Shown piece by piece: positions 10,995-23,565 of a stretch of 64,000 bases of DNA. How positions within the stretch are numbered: position 1 is the stretch's first letter; each line of letters opens with the position of its first letter. The notes below the pieces were generated by a model, which had not been told where the DNA came from, searched no databases, and worked only from the letters and a program-made list of their open reading frames with translations. Location of the stretch: positions 15,500,001-15,564,000 of the forward strand of contig JBHGNT010000008.1 of assembly GCA_043228905.1 (NCBI GenBank). Direction: 5' to 3'. Both the position numbers and the translations under genes were made by a program. This DNA comes from Azolla caroliniana (taxonomy: Eukaryota; Plantae; Polypodiophyta).

Positions 10995-13720
10995 TTTCTA
11001 CTGAAGACTATTGTCTGTCGATAAACTCACCATTTTCTATCGAAGAATATTGTCTATCGATAAACTCACCCATTTCTATCGAAGAGTATTGTCTGAGCTC
11101 ATCTTCATCTAAAACACATGTGAATAATGACACATGTGAAGAGTTCTCTATTGAAGAATACGATATTAATAAAGATACGACGAATTAAGGTAGTGCCAAT
11201 GAAACATCGAATATCATGGGCGATGGTGACAACAAAGAATTGGATTGTAACAAGGTTACCCCAACTTCTATGTAGGAAGAGAAATCTGGAAGCCCTATGC
11301 ATATTAGAAGAATACCATGTAGAACTCGTTTGGCCAGATTTAACTTGGTGACATCAGATAAGCAGATTGGATTTGATGTCAACAAAATATGTTGTGCCAG
11401 TGGTTGTATGTCTATGATTGGAAAATCAAAATTGCGAGAATTAAGGTGATACTATTTTTCGATCATTGGTGATGAGCAAGACACTTACCTCGGGTCACAT
11501 ATGCAACTAGTGTCTGACAAATGTACGAGGATCAAAGTATCGTTCGAGTATTATATCTTCCATGCGCAACAGATTTGTAGAGTTGCCTTCAAAATTGCGT
11601 TATGTGTTAGTAACATGCGGCTACATAGAGTACAACAATGTCTACTTAGCGGGGATCAGATGCTCAATTGTAAAGAGGTTCCAAGTATGAAAGGTGCAAT
11701 TGGAAGACATGCTATTGGTTGGATGAAAAGTTACTTTTCAGTTAAATTGTGAAGTAATGCCCACTACAGGTAGGATGCACCTCTCTGATAATTACACACG
11801 TCAGGAAATTTATGACGTCTATCGATCAGATATGGTGGACTGAAGTAATAAATCTGTCACATATTTCCAATTCACAAGATTATGGAGAGCTCGGTTTTCA
11901 AATGTTATAATTCTGCATAAAGTACGCATGGGGTATTACTCCATTTGCGTAAATTTTAAAAGTTTGGCTAAAGGTGCAAAGACATCAATTGAAAAGGATA
12001 TGAGTAAGAAGTTACAATAGGAGCATCGTGAGGGACAATCGTGAACGAAAGAAGGCGATGCATCATAGAGAGAAGTGTTTGAAAAAGCCCGAACAATACA
12101 TGTGCTTAATGATAGATGGCATGGACTAGAAGAAGACGTTCTTGCCGCATATGCGGAGGCTCCCCAAAGACATCAATGATGAATGCCTTGTTCAAATGCA
12201 CTTGGTGGGATGCTTGGCTTATAATAGGTATGTTGGACCTCACGTCTTCATTACATACCCCAATGTTCACAATGACCGTAAACTAGCAGTTACTGTGATT
12301 CACCGAGTTTTGATGTCTTGGGGCCAACCGTTCCCCCCTGTTCTATACATTCAATTGAACAATATTGCTAGAGAACAAAAATTCAACTGTGTTTGGCTAT
12401 CTTAGTATGTTGGTCAACCAAGGATTATTTAGAAAAGTGAAAGTCAATTTTCTTTTGGTTGGCCACACACATGATCATATAGATAAGATGTTTAGCACAA
12501 TCTCTAAACAATTGTCTCGGCATGATGCTTTCACATTACCAAAACTATTTGATGTCATTTGTGATGCATATACACCACGCCCAAAAGTGTTACACTTGAA
12601 GGAGGTATATGACTTTAAGAGATATATATCAGATGGGGGTGTTGGGAATGTTAAAGTGCTCGCCCAGTTAAACAATATAAGCTTCAATCACATTTTTATG
12701 ATAAAGAAAATTGAAATAAGTGGTTCTACGCTTTTGTATGCCAAACAATATTCATCTTCTACAAAATGGGAACCTGAAGGTGGTTGCAAGTTCTTACTTT
12801 GTATGCTGAGTACAATTGTCTATGGAGCTAAACAAATGCAAATTGAGAAGAAAGGACAATTGCATAGTGACTTGGTATCGGAACAAAAACAATTATGGCT
12901 CCAAGCCTTAGAATAAAAAAGAAAGCATATTGAGGTTGCAAAGAAATATGCCGCACAACAAGACACGTCATGGTGGGATGTATTTTTTAGTGATCAGGAA
13001 GGAATTATAGACAATTGTGTATTTGGTGATAATTGGAATTTGGAAACACCATTCACATGGTCGCTACAACATGATCGTGTAAATAAAACTCTGGAGCAAC
13101 AAGCAATTGCGATTAATGACAGTTTGGTCCATCCACAACAAAGAGACATTTATGTGGGACCAAGGATGACCAAAGCAGTAGAAGCTAGATGGTAAGGAAA
13201 TTAGCAAGAGCTCGCAGCGGGGATGTTGATTGCAAACCCTGCTGATGAGAACTCACATGGCCACCAATTTTGGGTTGGTAAAATTCTAGAAGTGCTAATG
13301 CATGAAATAGAAAACACGATCAAGTCAATAAACGCTCATTGGTACAACACTAGAAGTGCAAATGCTTTTACGGGTAAGTATACATTGGAGATGATTGAAT
13401 GCCCAATGACAAGGGGAGGTAGGAAGAGGAAGCGAAACATTCGTAACACCTCGACCCTTGATATCTCTGATGTGGATATCATCGTGTACGACTTCACGCT
13501 TACAAAAGCCGGACGATTAAGGAAGTCAACAATAGATATAATAAAAGAAAAATTACTAGGTCTACAAGGTGGCTCGAGTCGAAGGCAAACGAGATCTCCT
13601 ACATATAATCTAGAATCAAACCATTTGGTTTATGACAAAGATAATGCATTGATTGGTACATTCGAGGATGACGAGGAGGAATCGTCATTGTATATTAGTT
13701 ATAGTAGTGATTCTCCGTAA
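10995..13720 (+). pseudogene. Sola-like DDD transposase, copy 1 (degenerate)
   Basis: Fragments ICRVAFKIALCVSNMRL, MIDGMD, LYIQL(D)N..RENKN, FLLVGHTHDHIDKMFS, then C-terminal FWVGKILEV...AHWY. N-terminal 13-aa FSIEEYCLSINSP repeats. Multiple stops and frameshifts. Confidence 0.8.
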
Positions 13721-14091
13721 AGGAGTGATCATGAATGTATTTTTGGCTATAAAGTGTAACTACATTCCGCTTGTAACAAATCGAGTAATATAAAAGCATG
13801 TGTTTTGAATTCTTATGATTTTTATGAAAATCGTTTCTTATAAAATAACATTGGTTGTAAAGTTTGTGATATAAATTGAGAATGTAACTTTTTAAAATTC
13901 CTCTTTTTTTTATTTATTTCTAAATCACAAAAATAATGGATTTTTAACCTTTTTCATAGTATATTTGAACATGTATGATACTGGTATCAATGTGTTTTAT
14001 AAAATCATTGAAAAAGTACTAAAATCAATCAAAATATTCTTTATCCTTCCATTTATGCGCGATCCTTCCCCTTGTCAACGCGAACGTGTTT

Positions 14092-14251
14092 ATTCTCTTT
14101 TGTACAGTGTAATCTTTCCCCGTGGTTTTTCCCCGTTTAGGGTTTCCACGTAAAACTGTGTGCATCTTGTTCGTTTGTTGTTTTCTGTTTCGTGGTATTG
14201 TGTAATTCATAGTCGGTCTTCCTCACGAATCATAGGGATCGAATCCTATCA
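14092..14251 (+). repeat. 3' part of an LTR (insertion target of transposon copy 1)
   Basis: GTGGTTTTTCCC...GGGTTTCCACGTAAA motif shared with the solo LTR at 15678-16340 (reverse). Ends ...ATCCTATCA. Confidence 0.55.
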
Positions 14252-14949
14252 TTCAATATGAAAGAAGAACCCTAAATTTCATAAAAACGATGTAAATAAA
14301 ACCCTAAAATGGTAAGTATGTTGTGGAGAAGATGATGATGATGAAGAAGAAAAGAATAATCGAAAGTTCTTGAGTGAAGCTTCTGAGGGAAATCCTTGAG
14401 CTTCGGTGTAACCTCCCAACAATCAACGACCACGTCGTTTCTTATCGATGTTGGTCTTATACACCCTCTTGATTCACTACCTTAGTTTCTTTGTTTTCCA
14501 ATTCGACGGAGCTTCTGCGTCTCTCTCTCCCCCGCTTCCCTTGTCTGTGCTCTTTTCACCTGTTTAAAGGATGGAAATGAGGCTCTCTGGTGCTTTTTTA
14601 TTTTAATGGTACCTTGCTTTCTTTCCCACTTACATGCTCTACTTTTTCCTTTTGACGCTTGATGCTTTTTTATTTGTTGTATTCAACTCTAAGTCAAAAT
14701 ATGTCTTTTTATCACACCTTCAATCTATCATTCAACCTTTTCAATCTTCCTATTTCAACTTATTTCCTCCTATGTGCTCCCCACATCACGACACCATAAG
14801 TGCCTTGAATTTTAAAACGAATGAACCTTGCCAATGCTCGCATATATTTCACCGCCTCACTCTACATTTGCCATATGAAACCAAAAGAAACATTTCAGAG
14901 TCACATGTTCTGCCAAGGTCCAATACAATCCCCGTAAGATCAAAATCCA

Positions 14950-17232
14950 ATGTAAAGAAATGAACATGTTGTGTTTGAGATCTATATATCATCATTTGAT
15001 CAAATTGGCCAATGGTAAGGCATCACACTAGCAAACACATTCCTTGAAACCCTTTGCCAATGGTAACTAATCATATCTAGTAATGGTCCATTGAGTTCAC
15101 ACCTTATCAACCAATTTGTTGTTGATATCATTAGATTTCACCCGAGGGATAGGTATTGTTGTTTAAAATAATAAAACTATCCATGGCTTGCATCCATCTA
15201 CCCTAGTGATGGGAATATCGAATATATGTAGGCTAGACAAGTTGATCCAAATGCAATCTTAATCCCAATGTACATGAAACTTATGTCTTTAACATTGCAA
15301 TTCCATAGATTTTGGATTTGTGAGAGCATCGCAATGGTTGCTCTCACAAATCAAGGCTAGACATGTGAGAAAATATAAGTTGGGATTTAAAGTTTCCTGA
15401 TCATGCAACATTTCCTGCTTGTAAACTCTACCCAAACATAGCCTAGAATAATCTAAGTCATTTTCATGTGTGAACTCTATAGAAAGTTCAATCAAGAACT
15501 TTTGGCATCATGGGAACGGAGGTTCAATGCTTTTGGCATCATTGGCAAGGCTTTATTAATCCAATTGTCAAGGGCTCCTCTATATTCTCTCGAAGGGCCT
15601 TGAGCTCGAAAGATGATTAATTATAGATTGACCTCCCTGGTGTTCCTTTCCATTGTTATAGATCAAGACGAAGGGCCTGTTGAGCACTCGATGTTCCTTA
15701 TGTCCGACGCTCGGCCACAACCGAGATTCTTTACATACACAGAAAAACAGGTAATGAAACGCGACACAAAGGGGAGAAATGGTACACAGGAGGTTTACGT
15801 GGAAAACCCCAAAATAAGGGAAAAACCACGGCAGCCCACAGGCTGCAAACTGTCACTATGTAGGAATATACAACAGTGAGTTCACTGAGGCAACGACCTC
15901 GTGCTCTCAGATCTTCGCCACAGGCGGCGGTTACAACAGAGGCAACGACCTCGTCTCTCTCTCTCTCACTCTGTACAGTTACGCGCTCTATCTTCTTCTT
16001 GCACCAACAAGGAAGAATAACAACAACAAAAAAAACCACTAAAAGTTTGCCCTAGGTCATATTTATACTAATATGACTTTTCGGCTATTTACAAATGTAG
16101 CCTCGATGGGCTCTCAGAAACATATTTACGAATATGTCTCTTCCTCCGGTTCATACCGGGCCTGCACCATCCGGCTCTCCGTAGTCGGGTACTCCCCATC
16201 CGGTTCATACCGGGCCTACACCATCCGACTCTCCGCAGTCGGGTACTCCCCATCCGGTTCATACCGTTTCGGCCTCGGCCGAGTTTGTTCGTCGGCACTG
16301 TTCTTCTCCCTTCCCATCCGGAGGGACCTGTCTCCCAACAGGGCCTTGAGCTAAGAAGATGATTAATTATAGATTGGCCTCCACAATGTCTCTTTCCTTG
16401 GTTGCATATATGTTTTGAACCTTGATTTTGATCAAACCTCGATAGTCCATGACCAATTGTAGACATCCATCTTTCTTCTTAACAAAGGAGATAGGTACAT
16501 TGGCAAGGCTTTTAGGTCGACACATTAATCCAACTGCCAAGTGCTCCTCTATATCGTCTCTAAGGGTCGTGAGCTTGGAAGATCATTACTTATAGATTGG
16601 CCTTCATGATGTCTCTTTCCCTGGTTGTAGATCAACAGGACAATCACAAGGGTGATGCTCTAGGAGAATACTAGCTTTACCCTTGTTAAATACATCAACA
16701 AATTCTTGGGAATTTGACCATTGTGGAGTAGAGGATGATGTTGCCATCATTCCAAATACAAACGGTTCACCTTTTTATCCATCTTCTTGTGACCTTTCAG
16801 TATTGTGCGACATTAGAGGATGCTATAGGCATTTTCACAAAGGCGCTAGAAGTAGAACAACTACAACAACACCAAGTTGTCAATTAATCCCCCACATGTA
16901 TTCTTAGAGTGCACATTTTGTAATAGCGCCCTAAATGAGGGGTGACTATTGTGCAACTTGACCATATGGGTTGATAAGGTGTTGATGTGGGAAACCATAG
17001 ATGAGTAGGACAAAATGTATTTAGGAAAGAGGGTAAAGGATTGACTAGTCAAGTCCCACATGAGAATATTTTGTGGGCAAGTTAACATATACTTAGTCTC
17101 GACATATGTGCCATTAACTTTAAGATAAGCGTTCTCTAGCACTAGCTTATATTTAGGGAGTTGGTTCATATTAAATGACAAGTCCGTTGACAGAAAAGGA
17201 ATATCCCCACTACTATCAACTGACTTGCACAT
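14950..17232 (-). pseudogene. Highly decayed retroelement (Copia-like) remnant with short internal duplications
   Basis: Weak 'ICES..CDALTNPK' pre-RT motif. Three ~80-bp copies of GAAGGGCCTTGAGCT..AAGATGATTAATTATAGATTG at ~15590, 16341 and 16560. Confidence 0.35.
15678..16340 (-). mobile_element. Solo LTR (663 bp) with 5-bp TSD GGGCC
   Basis: TGTTG...CAACA termini, GGGCC at 15673-15677 and 16341-16345, internal 54-bp tandem repeats at 16146-16266. Confidence 0.92.
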
Positions 17233-17267
17233 TCATGACATTGAGACCAAATAGAGAATATAATCTA

Positions 17268-17269
<2 letters not shown>

Positions 17270-17310
<41 letters not shown>
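17270..17310. repeat. (CT)n microsatellite
   Basis: Direct reading of the sequence. Confidence 0.95.
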
Positions 17311-17315
<5 letters not shown>

Positions 17316-19379
17316 TAGTGGTTGTGACCATTATCTGTTCCCATTAATTTTGTAGTCAACTAGTCCAAATCCCATCGAAGCTTTAAGGTATGAGCGCATA
17401 GGTGGACAACCATTGTGAGCTTACTCTCGTATGTAATAGAAAGTTTGTTTTTAGATATACATATATGTGATTGTAACTCTATATGCATATCTAATAGATT
17501 CTCAATGTTTCTAATAGTAGCAACAAGAAAGTTGGACTCGGGTTCTTGTTGGAATCATTCATTGCTTGCTTTCTCTAATAAAGTTTAGGATTATAAAGCT
17601 TGTTCCAATGCAATCCAAGGACAACTAGATACTAAGGAATATTAATTATATAGAAGGAAATCACACATGTGAAGTTACTAAGGACTACTCAACTTGGTTC
17701 AGGTTCTTCAACTATATCTTGAGATGCAATAGGGCAACATTCAATGACAACAACATATACATGACAAGGGAGGTTACTCAACATAATTTTTTGTGAAAGA
17801 AATTTCTCGGTCCATAAAACAAGAGTTGCTTCCTAAATCCAAGAGCATAAAGGCAAGAACTCGATGTCACCTAGAAGCGTTGAGCTCAACTTGTACTGAA
17901 AAAACTCAGCTAACATGATTCGATGAAATAGAACTAATAATGGGGACTAACTTTACATATTTTGGGTTGTCCAACCAAATGACTCTGATTTTGGTTTGAC
18001 TTATTCATTTAATAGGTCATCCAACAAGCTCAAAACTTCGAAACCATTGGACTAACCAAGTCATGTGGGACTACTACAGCTAGATGATCTGACTGGGGAA
18101 TTGGAATCAAGTTGCTCACTAGTATGTGAATGTCCTTCCAACCTATGTGGGCAAGTGATCACTCTGTGTCTTTGACCACTACAGTACAAACATGGATGGT
18201 TTGTCCAACATTGCTATTTCTTAGCATCAAACAAAGGCCCCTCAAAGATGGTTTCCATCGGATTATGGTCACCCGTTGGAATCACGTGGTATATTTGGAT
18301 AGTGAAATGGACTAGCCGAGTTTGCTATATTGAAGCATATGTTTGATCTATTCTTGGTCGTGACAATTAGCTGACACTCTAAACGTTGCTCGAATAAGCA
18401 GTTATCACAAGGCATAGCGAATGTGTCACAACAAGTTCGATACATCTCTCAGTGACAATTTAGTCTACGAAAATCATTACATTACTCTACGAAAATCGTT
18501 ACATTACTGTAGTCTTGGGCAGAGGAATTAGAAATGCATGATATATATTTTTGGCTTGAATCCTCATCAGAAACGGAAGAAACGGAAGTTTTCCCCAAAA
18601 CAGAAACGGCTATGTCTGCACCGTCTCTTCTTCTTCTTCTTCTTCTTCTTCTTCTTTTAGAGTACAGAAAACGCACGCCCTGCACCGAACACCATGGAAG
18701 GAAGACAGAGAAGCCTCCCATCCCTTCTTCATTGCTGCCATCTTCTTCTTCATCTAAAATATCCGTTGTCTGAGAGGAGAACCCATCCGTAATTCATGAT
18801 CCTTTCTTTCTCAAAGCCCGCGTTTGTCTTTCTGTGCTCCGTTTGATACGCTTATGTTTTAGGGTTTGGTCGATTCTGATTTCCTAAAGCTTGTGATTCT
18901 ATCGTGTCAGGTTGCGGAGGAATTCAGGCACCGGCATCACATCATACCACATTCTGGGCTGTGATCTATCACAGATTGCTGATGAAATTCAGGTAAATTG
19001 ATAGATAGATAGACAATAGATTGAGCAAAAAAAGGGAAGGACAAAAGCGTTATGTTCATTTGGTGATAATCATTAGGGTTTAGCAGTGCCGTGTTCAATT
19101 TGAACATGTCTTCATATACCACTTTTTCTTGTCATATATATATATATATATAATGAAAATCTATAGCAAAATCTTTTCTTCTCCTAACTTCTAAGTACAC
19201 TTTGAATTGTAGAATATGGTGTCAAGTCTTGCCTTCAATTTCCAGGCCAACCACCAAATTTTCCTTGTCATAAATGTACAAAAAATTTTAGTCACTCTTT
19301 TCTTCTTCAAAACATACTTTGAATTGTAGAAGGGACGACCATCAACAATTTGGTGTTAAGTTCTGCCTTAAATTTGCAA

Positions 19380-19409
19380 ACCAACTACCATATCATGAGG
19401 CTATATAAG
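19380..19409 (+). promoter_or_regulatory. OMT core promoter: ACCAACT (AC/SMRE-type MYB site) plus TATA (CTATATAAG)
   Basis: TATA ~85 bp upstream of ATG 19488, with a GA-rich leader between. Confidence 0.55.
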
Positions 19410-19487
19410 AACTACTAGAAAGAGAGAGAAAGAAAGAAAGAAAGAAATATTAACGTCTTCTAAGAGAGAGAGAGAGAGAGAGAGAGG

Positions 19488-21046
19488 ATGGGTGAAATTG
19501 TTAATGAGTCGGAGCATGCGGTGATTAGTGGAGGAGTGCAAGATGAAGCATGGTTGAGGGCAGTAGAATTGAGCTTAATGTGTTGTTTGCCCATGGCCAT
19601 TAACACACTCATTAAATTGAAAGTGTTTGATGTCATGGCAAATGCAGATATTGAAAAGAATGGTACAGAGTGGGAGTTATATTCAACAGAAGAAATAGTG
19701 TCGCGAATCAGTAGTGTATTACCGGATGCTAGGACGAGAGTTTCCATATCATTAGATAGACTTTTGAGGGTGGTCGCTAGTCATGGTGTTGTTCATGCAA
19801 ACGTTGATCATGATCCCTTCACTAAGCACCCGACAAGAAAGTATGGGCTCAACTTAGTCAGCCAATATTTTGTCCAAAAGGAACCCTCTTTGGCACACCC
19901 ATTTCTACTTTGCGTAGACCCCGTCCTTATGAAACCTTGGGATACCTTACATGAGGCTATCCTTGATGGTGGCCAACCCTTTGCCAAGGCCCACAACGGT
20001 CTAGATATTTTTGCATATGGCCAACTTGATCCACATTTTGATTCCATCTTCAACTCTGCTCTAGCCAACCATAGCGCTCTCCTAATTCGTGACCTCCTCA
20101 ACTCTTATCCGACTTGTTTCAATGATATAAATGTAATAGTTGATGTTGGTGGTGGCCTCGGATCATCACTTCATACAATCATCTCTCACTTTCCCCACAT
20201 TCATGGAATCAACTTTGACCAACCACATGTCGTTTCTCTAGCCCCAAAATATTCAGGTATGCAATTGTGGCAAGCATATCTAATGCATCATATGACGAAT
20301 TTGAAATGTTGGTGACAAATCCATAATAATTAAATTTGATATATTTCATTTTACTACTTTTACTAACCCTTGAGTTTATGTCTAAATAGGAATCGAGCAT
20401 GTGGGTGGTGACATGTTTATTAATATACCTCAAGCTGATGCAATTTTCATGAAGGTTCAAATCCATTGCTTACTAATATGTATAATTTCATGCATTCTTA
20501 AGAACATTATAACTCAAAGAATATGCCAAAGTAACATGATTGCAAAAAACAATGAAAATGCATGCAACTATATATTTTGAATAGAATACACAATAGAATG
20601 CCATTATATATCCTCAATTCAATTATATATGTATTGGCAATCACAATGTTCACAAATTTATTGATACCAATAAATTCATATAAGTTTAATACTCATTTAT
20701 GTCTAGATTACTTTGCAAGAAGCTAACAAGATTTAACATTGCATAGATGATTTTGCACGATTGGAGTGATGAACATTGCATGAAGATATTAGAGAATTGT
20801 TATAAGGCATTGCCGAATAATGGAAAAGTCATCATAATTGATACAACATTACCCACGGGTATTGAAAGGGACTTGAGGGCTCGTGTTGGTTACCATTTTG
20901 ATCTTCTTATGTATTCCCAATGTGATGGAGGTAGAGAACGCACACAAGAGGAGATTGAGAATCTTGCTAAAAGTTCCGGTTTCGCTCGTATTGAAGTAAA
21001 ATCCAAGATAAATGAATTTAGTGTCATTGAGCTATATAAGTTCTAG
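19488..21046 (+). CDS. Class II SAM-dependent O-methyltransferase (COMT-like), 3 exons: 19488-20256, 20390-20454, 20747-21046 (377 aa)
   Basis: N-terminal dimerisation region (LPMAINTLIKLKVFD, LDRLLRVVAS), VDVGGGLG, FDQPHV, HVGGDMF, MK-MILHDWSDEHC with catalytic His, GGRERT. GT-AG introns with TACTAAC/GCTAAC branch sites join in frame. Confidence 0.95.
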
Positions 21047-21668
21047 GTTGGAACATGGAATAATAAATAATATTAAGTACCTAAATCCAAAACTTGCATT
21101 AAGCAATTGAAAGACTTGTACCATCTCCCATGGAATAACTCGAAAATCGAGCAAACACTTCATTATAGCAAGTATTATGTATTCCATTCTAAGAAGAATA
21201 TTTTTTTATGATTATTTAAATATATATTTTTGAATTTGGTGACGTCAGGCACTTGCTTCAAGTTTTACTTCATAATTTAAATTGTAAAAAAAACCATTGA
21301 ATGTGTCAATCTAACAAATCTCTCATAAAAATGAGGTGCATCACTAGGCATCTATCCAAAACATCATTCGGAACTATGTTAAAGGAGTGATGGTTAAGAA
21401 TACTCTAGCAAGGAAGCTTGACACAAAAGTCTTCACATCAAGGTTATGTACAAGTGTTAACTACTTGCCAAACATTGCAAACCTATGCCTTTCTACTAGA
21501 ATTCATAATCTCTTGGAAGTAGCAGTAAAATTGTGATTGTATTTTATAGAAAGTTAAGATTGAGATAACCTAGTCCGCATTTCATTGAAAAAGAAGAAGA
21601 CAATCATCAAGAAGTTACTTTTGGTTTTGATATCAAAACTGGGGGTATGAGTAGTCAATTGAGCCTAC

Positions 21669-22010
21669 TGTTGAGAGACAAGCTCAACATGAGTTGAATC
21701 GGCTAAAGGTTGGTAGGCCGGATCGGCTGAAGAAGTTGATAGCCAAGATGCCCGAGAATGATCAATTGAAGAAGATGGCATCAAGTCGATTGGGGTCTAT
21801 ATTCCTATTTTAGTAAATAGGAATATTGTAGGTTGTTAGTTGTTAGATGCTCATTTATTCGCCTTGCAGTACTTCTCGGTACTTGTGGACCAGCCCATGG
21901 TCAGGTATAAAAGTATTCACTGAGCACATTGTATGCACAAGGTGTTATTATTTTGAATTACGTTTTGTTGTTTGCTCTGTCTGTCTGTCTGTCTCCCACC
22001 TAACTACACA
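21669..22010 (+). repeat. Degenerate Copia-type LTR remnant
   Basis: Starts TGTTGAGAGACAAGCTCAAC. GTATAAAAGT...GTGTTATTATTTTGAA resembles the reverse complement of the LTR at 22197. Confidence 0.4.
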
Positions 22011-23565
22011 TGTTGCACCTAATATACAAAACCATATTCTTCGTGGAATGGGGAAACCGTCCACATTGATACATATTAGAGCCCATTCCGTTGGCTTCAA
22101 TTCAAACCATTGCTTCCATGCGACTTAGCTCACATGCATTGCGATGTGAGATGGGACACTGGGACACAAGTGATAAGAGTGGTTGACTATATACACTGAA
22201 AAGAATTATGTGTGTAAGCGTAGACAACTAGCTCGCCCGGATAACAACAAAAAATTACAGACAAATAGAGATGGAGGTTTAATGGAAACCTTAAACACAC
22301 ATACATGGGAGAGATAGAGAGAGCAGAACACAATTTCAAAATAATAACACTCTGTACATACAAATGTCCTACAGAACACTTTTTATACAAGTCCTTAAAG
22401 GACGGGTAGAAGTACTAAGATGTACTTCAATGCTCATATGAGCGATTGACACAAACTCCAAGGAATATGCCTACGTACTAGGCTCGGGCCGTAGGCCTCC
22501 AACGGCCTACCGGTTCACACTATTCCGGACTACGATCTGGTTCCTCTTCCTTCGACCCGTCCGGTTCCACACATCTCTACCTTCTCGGTAGGATTGTATG
22601 CTCCCTTGGCCCAAGTTAGCTCCCTCGTTGTCGCGACTCTGGTGCTTCTTGACCTGCCAGCTCCTTCGTGTCGGTGTTGACTTTCATTGCCCTCTCGATC
22701 GCTTGGCCAATCGATTTGGCTCCTCCAAATCGAATATTTTGATTGAATCGGTTGCTTCCAATTCTCTTTGACTCTTGGTTGAATCAGTTGTCTCCAATTC
22801 GTTCCCACTCTTGTCTGAGTTGGCTGTTTCCAACTCATCCTCAATCTTCAGACCCTTCACGACATTAGACCACGTTTTTGTCTTGGTCTTCTCAGTCTTC
22901 TTGTCTTTACCTCCTTTTTCGGTTCATTTTCGCTACGGCTTCCCTTTGTGGTCATTGCCACTGTGTCTAACAAGTCTCCACTTGTCTATCCTATCTACAT
23001 GTGTCCATCCGTCCTCAGCTTCTTCGGCCGATCCGAACTTTCCGACTTCTCCATTCGGTCCGAAATCGAACACGTCATCCGATTAAGTTTTCCGGACATC
23101 ATCATCTCTCTCCTACTTTTTGGCTTCACCTCTCCCCCTCAAGTTCGGCATATCGAGGCGTTGGACACCTAGCAAGCCCAAAAATTGTTGCAACTTGTCC
23201 AGGCCGAGAGGTTTGGTGAAGATGTCGGTAGTTTGCCGATCCGTCGGAACATACACTAGTTCGACTTCACTGGGGAGGACTCACTCTTGGACAAAATGGT
23301 AATGCAATTCAATGTGCTTTGTCCGGCCGTGAAAGATGGAGTTCTTTGCTAGTTGGATGGTGTTGAGGTTGTCGCAATATAGTGTCATCGAATCGGACAC
23401 TCCACCTACTGATTCTTTAATAACCATTTAAGCCAAATGGCTTCACATGTTGCGATAGTTGATCCGCGGTACTCGGCCTCGGTGCTCAACTGTCCAACTG
23501 TCGGATGGTTCTTGCTGCTCTAGGCGATCGCGACACTCCCAAGTGCAAAAGCAAATACGGACCAA

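Larger units (their letters stand above)
7800..14091. mobile_element. TIR DNA transposon copy 1 (ParB-like gene plus Sola-like transposase), left end truncated
   Basis: Collinear with 33876-39630. Right TIR at 14055-14091 followed by AT. Left side fused to Copia RT at a T-run. Confidence 0.85.

Noticed and set aside
12455-12490. GHTHDH read as an HUH endonuclease (Helitron/Replitron) motif
   Set aside because: The surrounding IDGMDQ and QLDN..ENKN motifs plus TIRs fit an RNase H-fold DDD transposase.
18440-19122. Possible gene 5' end or non-autonomous DNA transposon (GAAACGG repeats, CTT run, intron-like stretch)
   Set aside because: No TIR/TSD pair or credible ORF could be defined.
20257-20315. 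C-terminal extension of the 275-aa OMT ORF
   Set aside because: Read-through into intron 1. The spliced model restores the GGDMF and HDW motifs.
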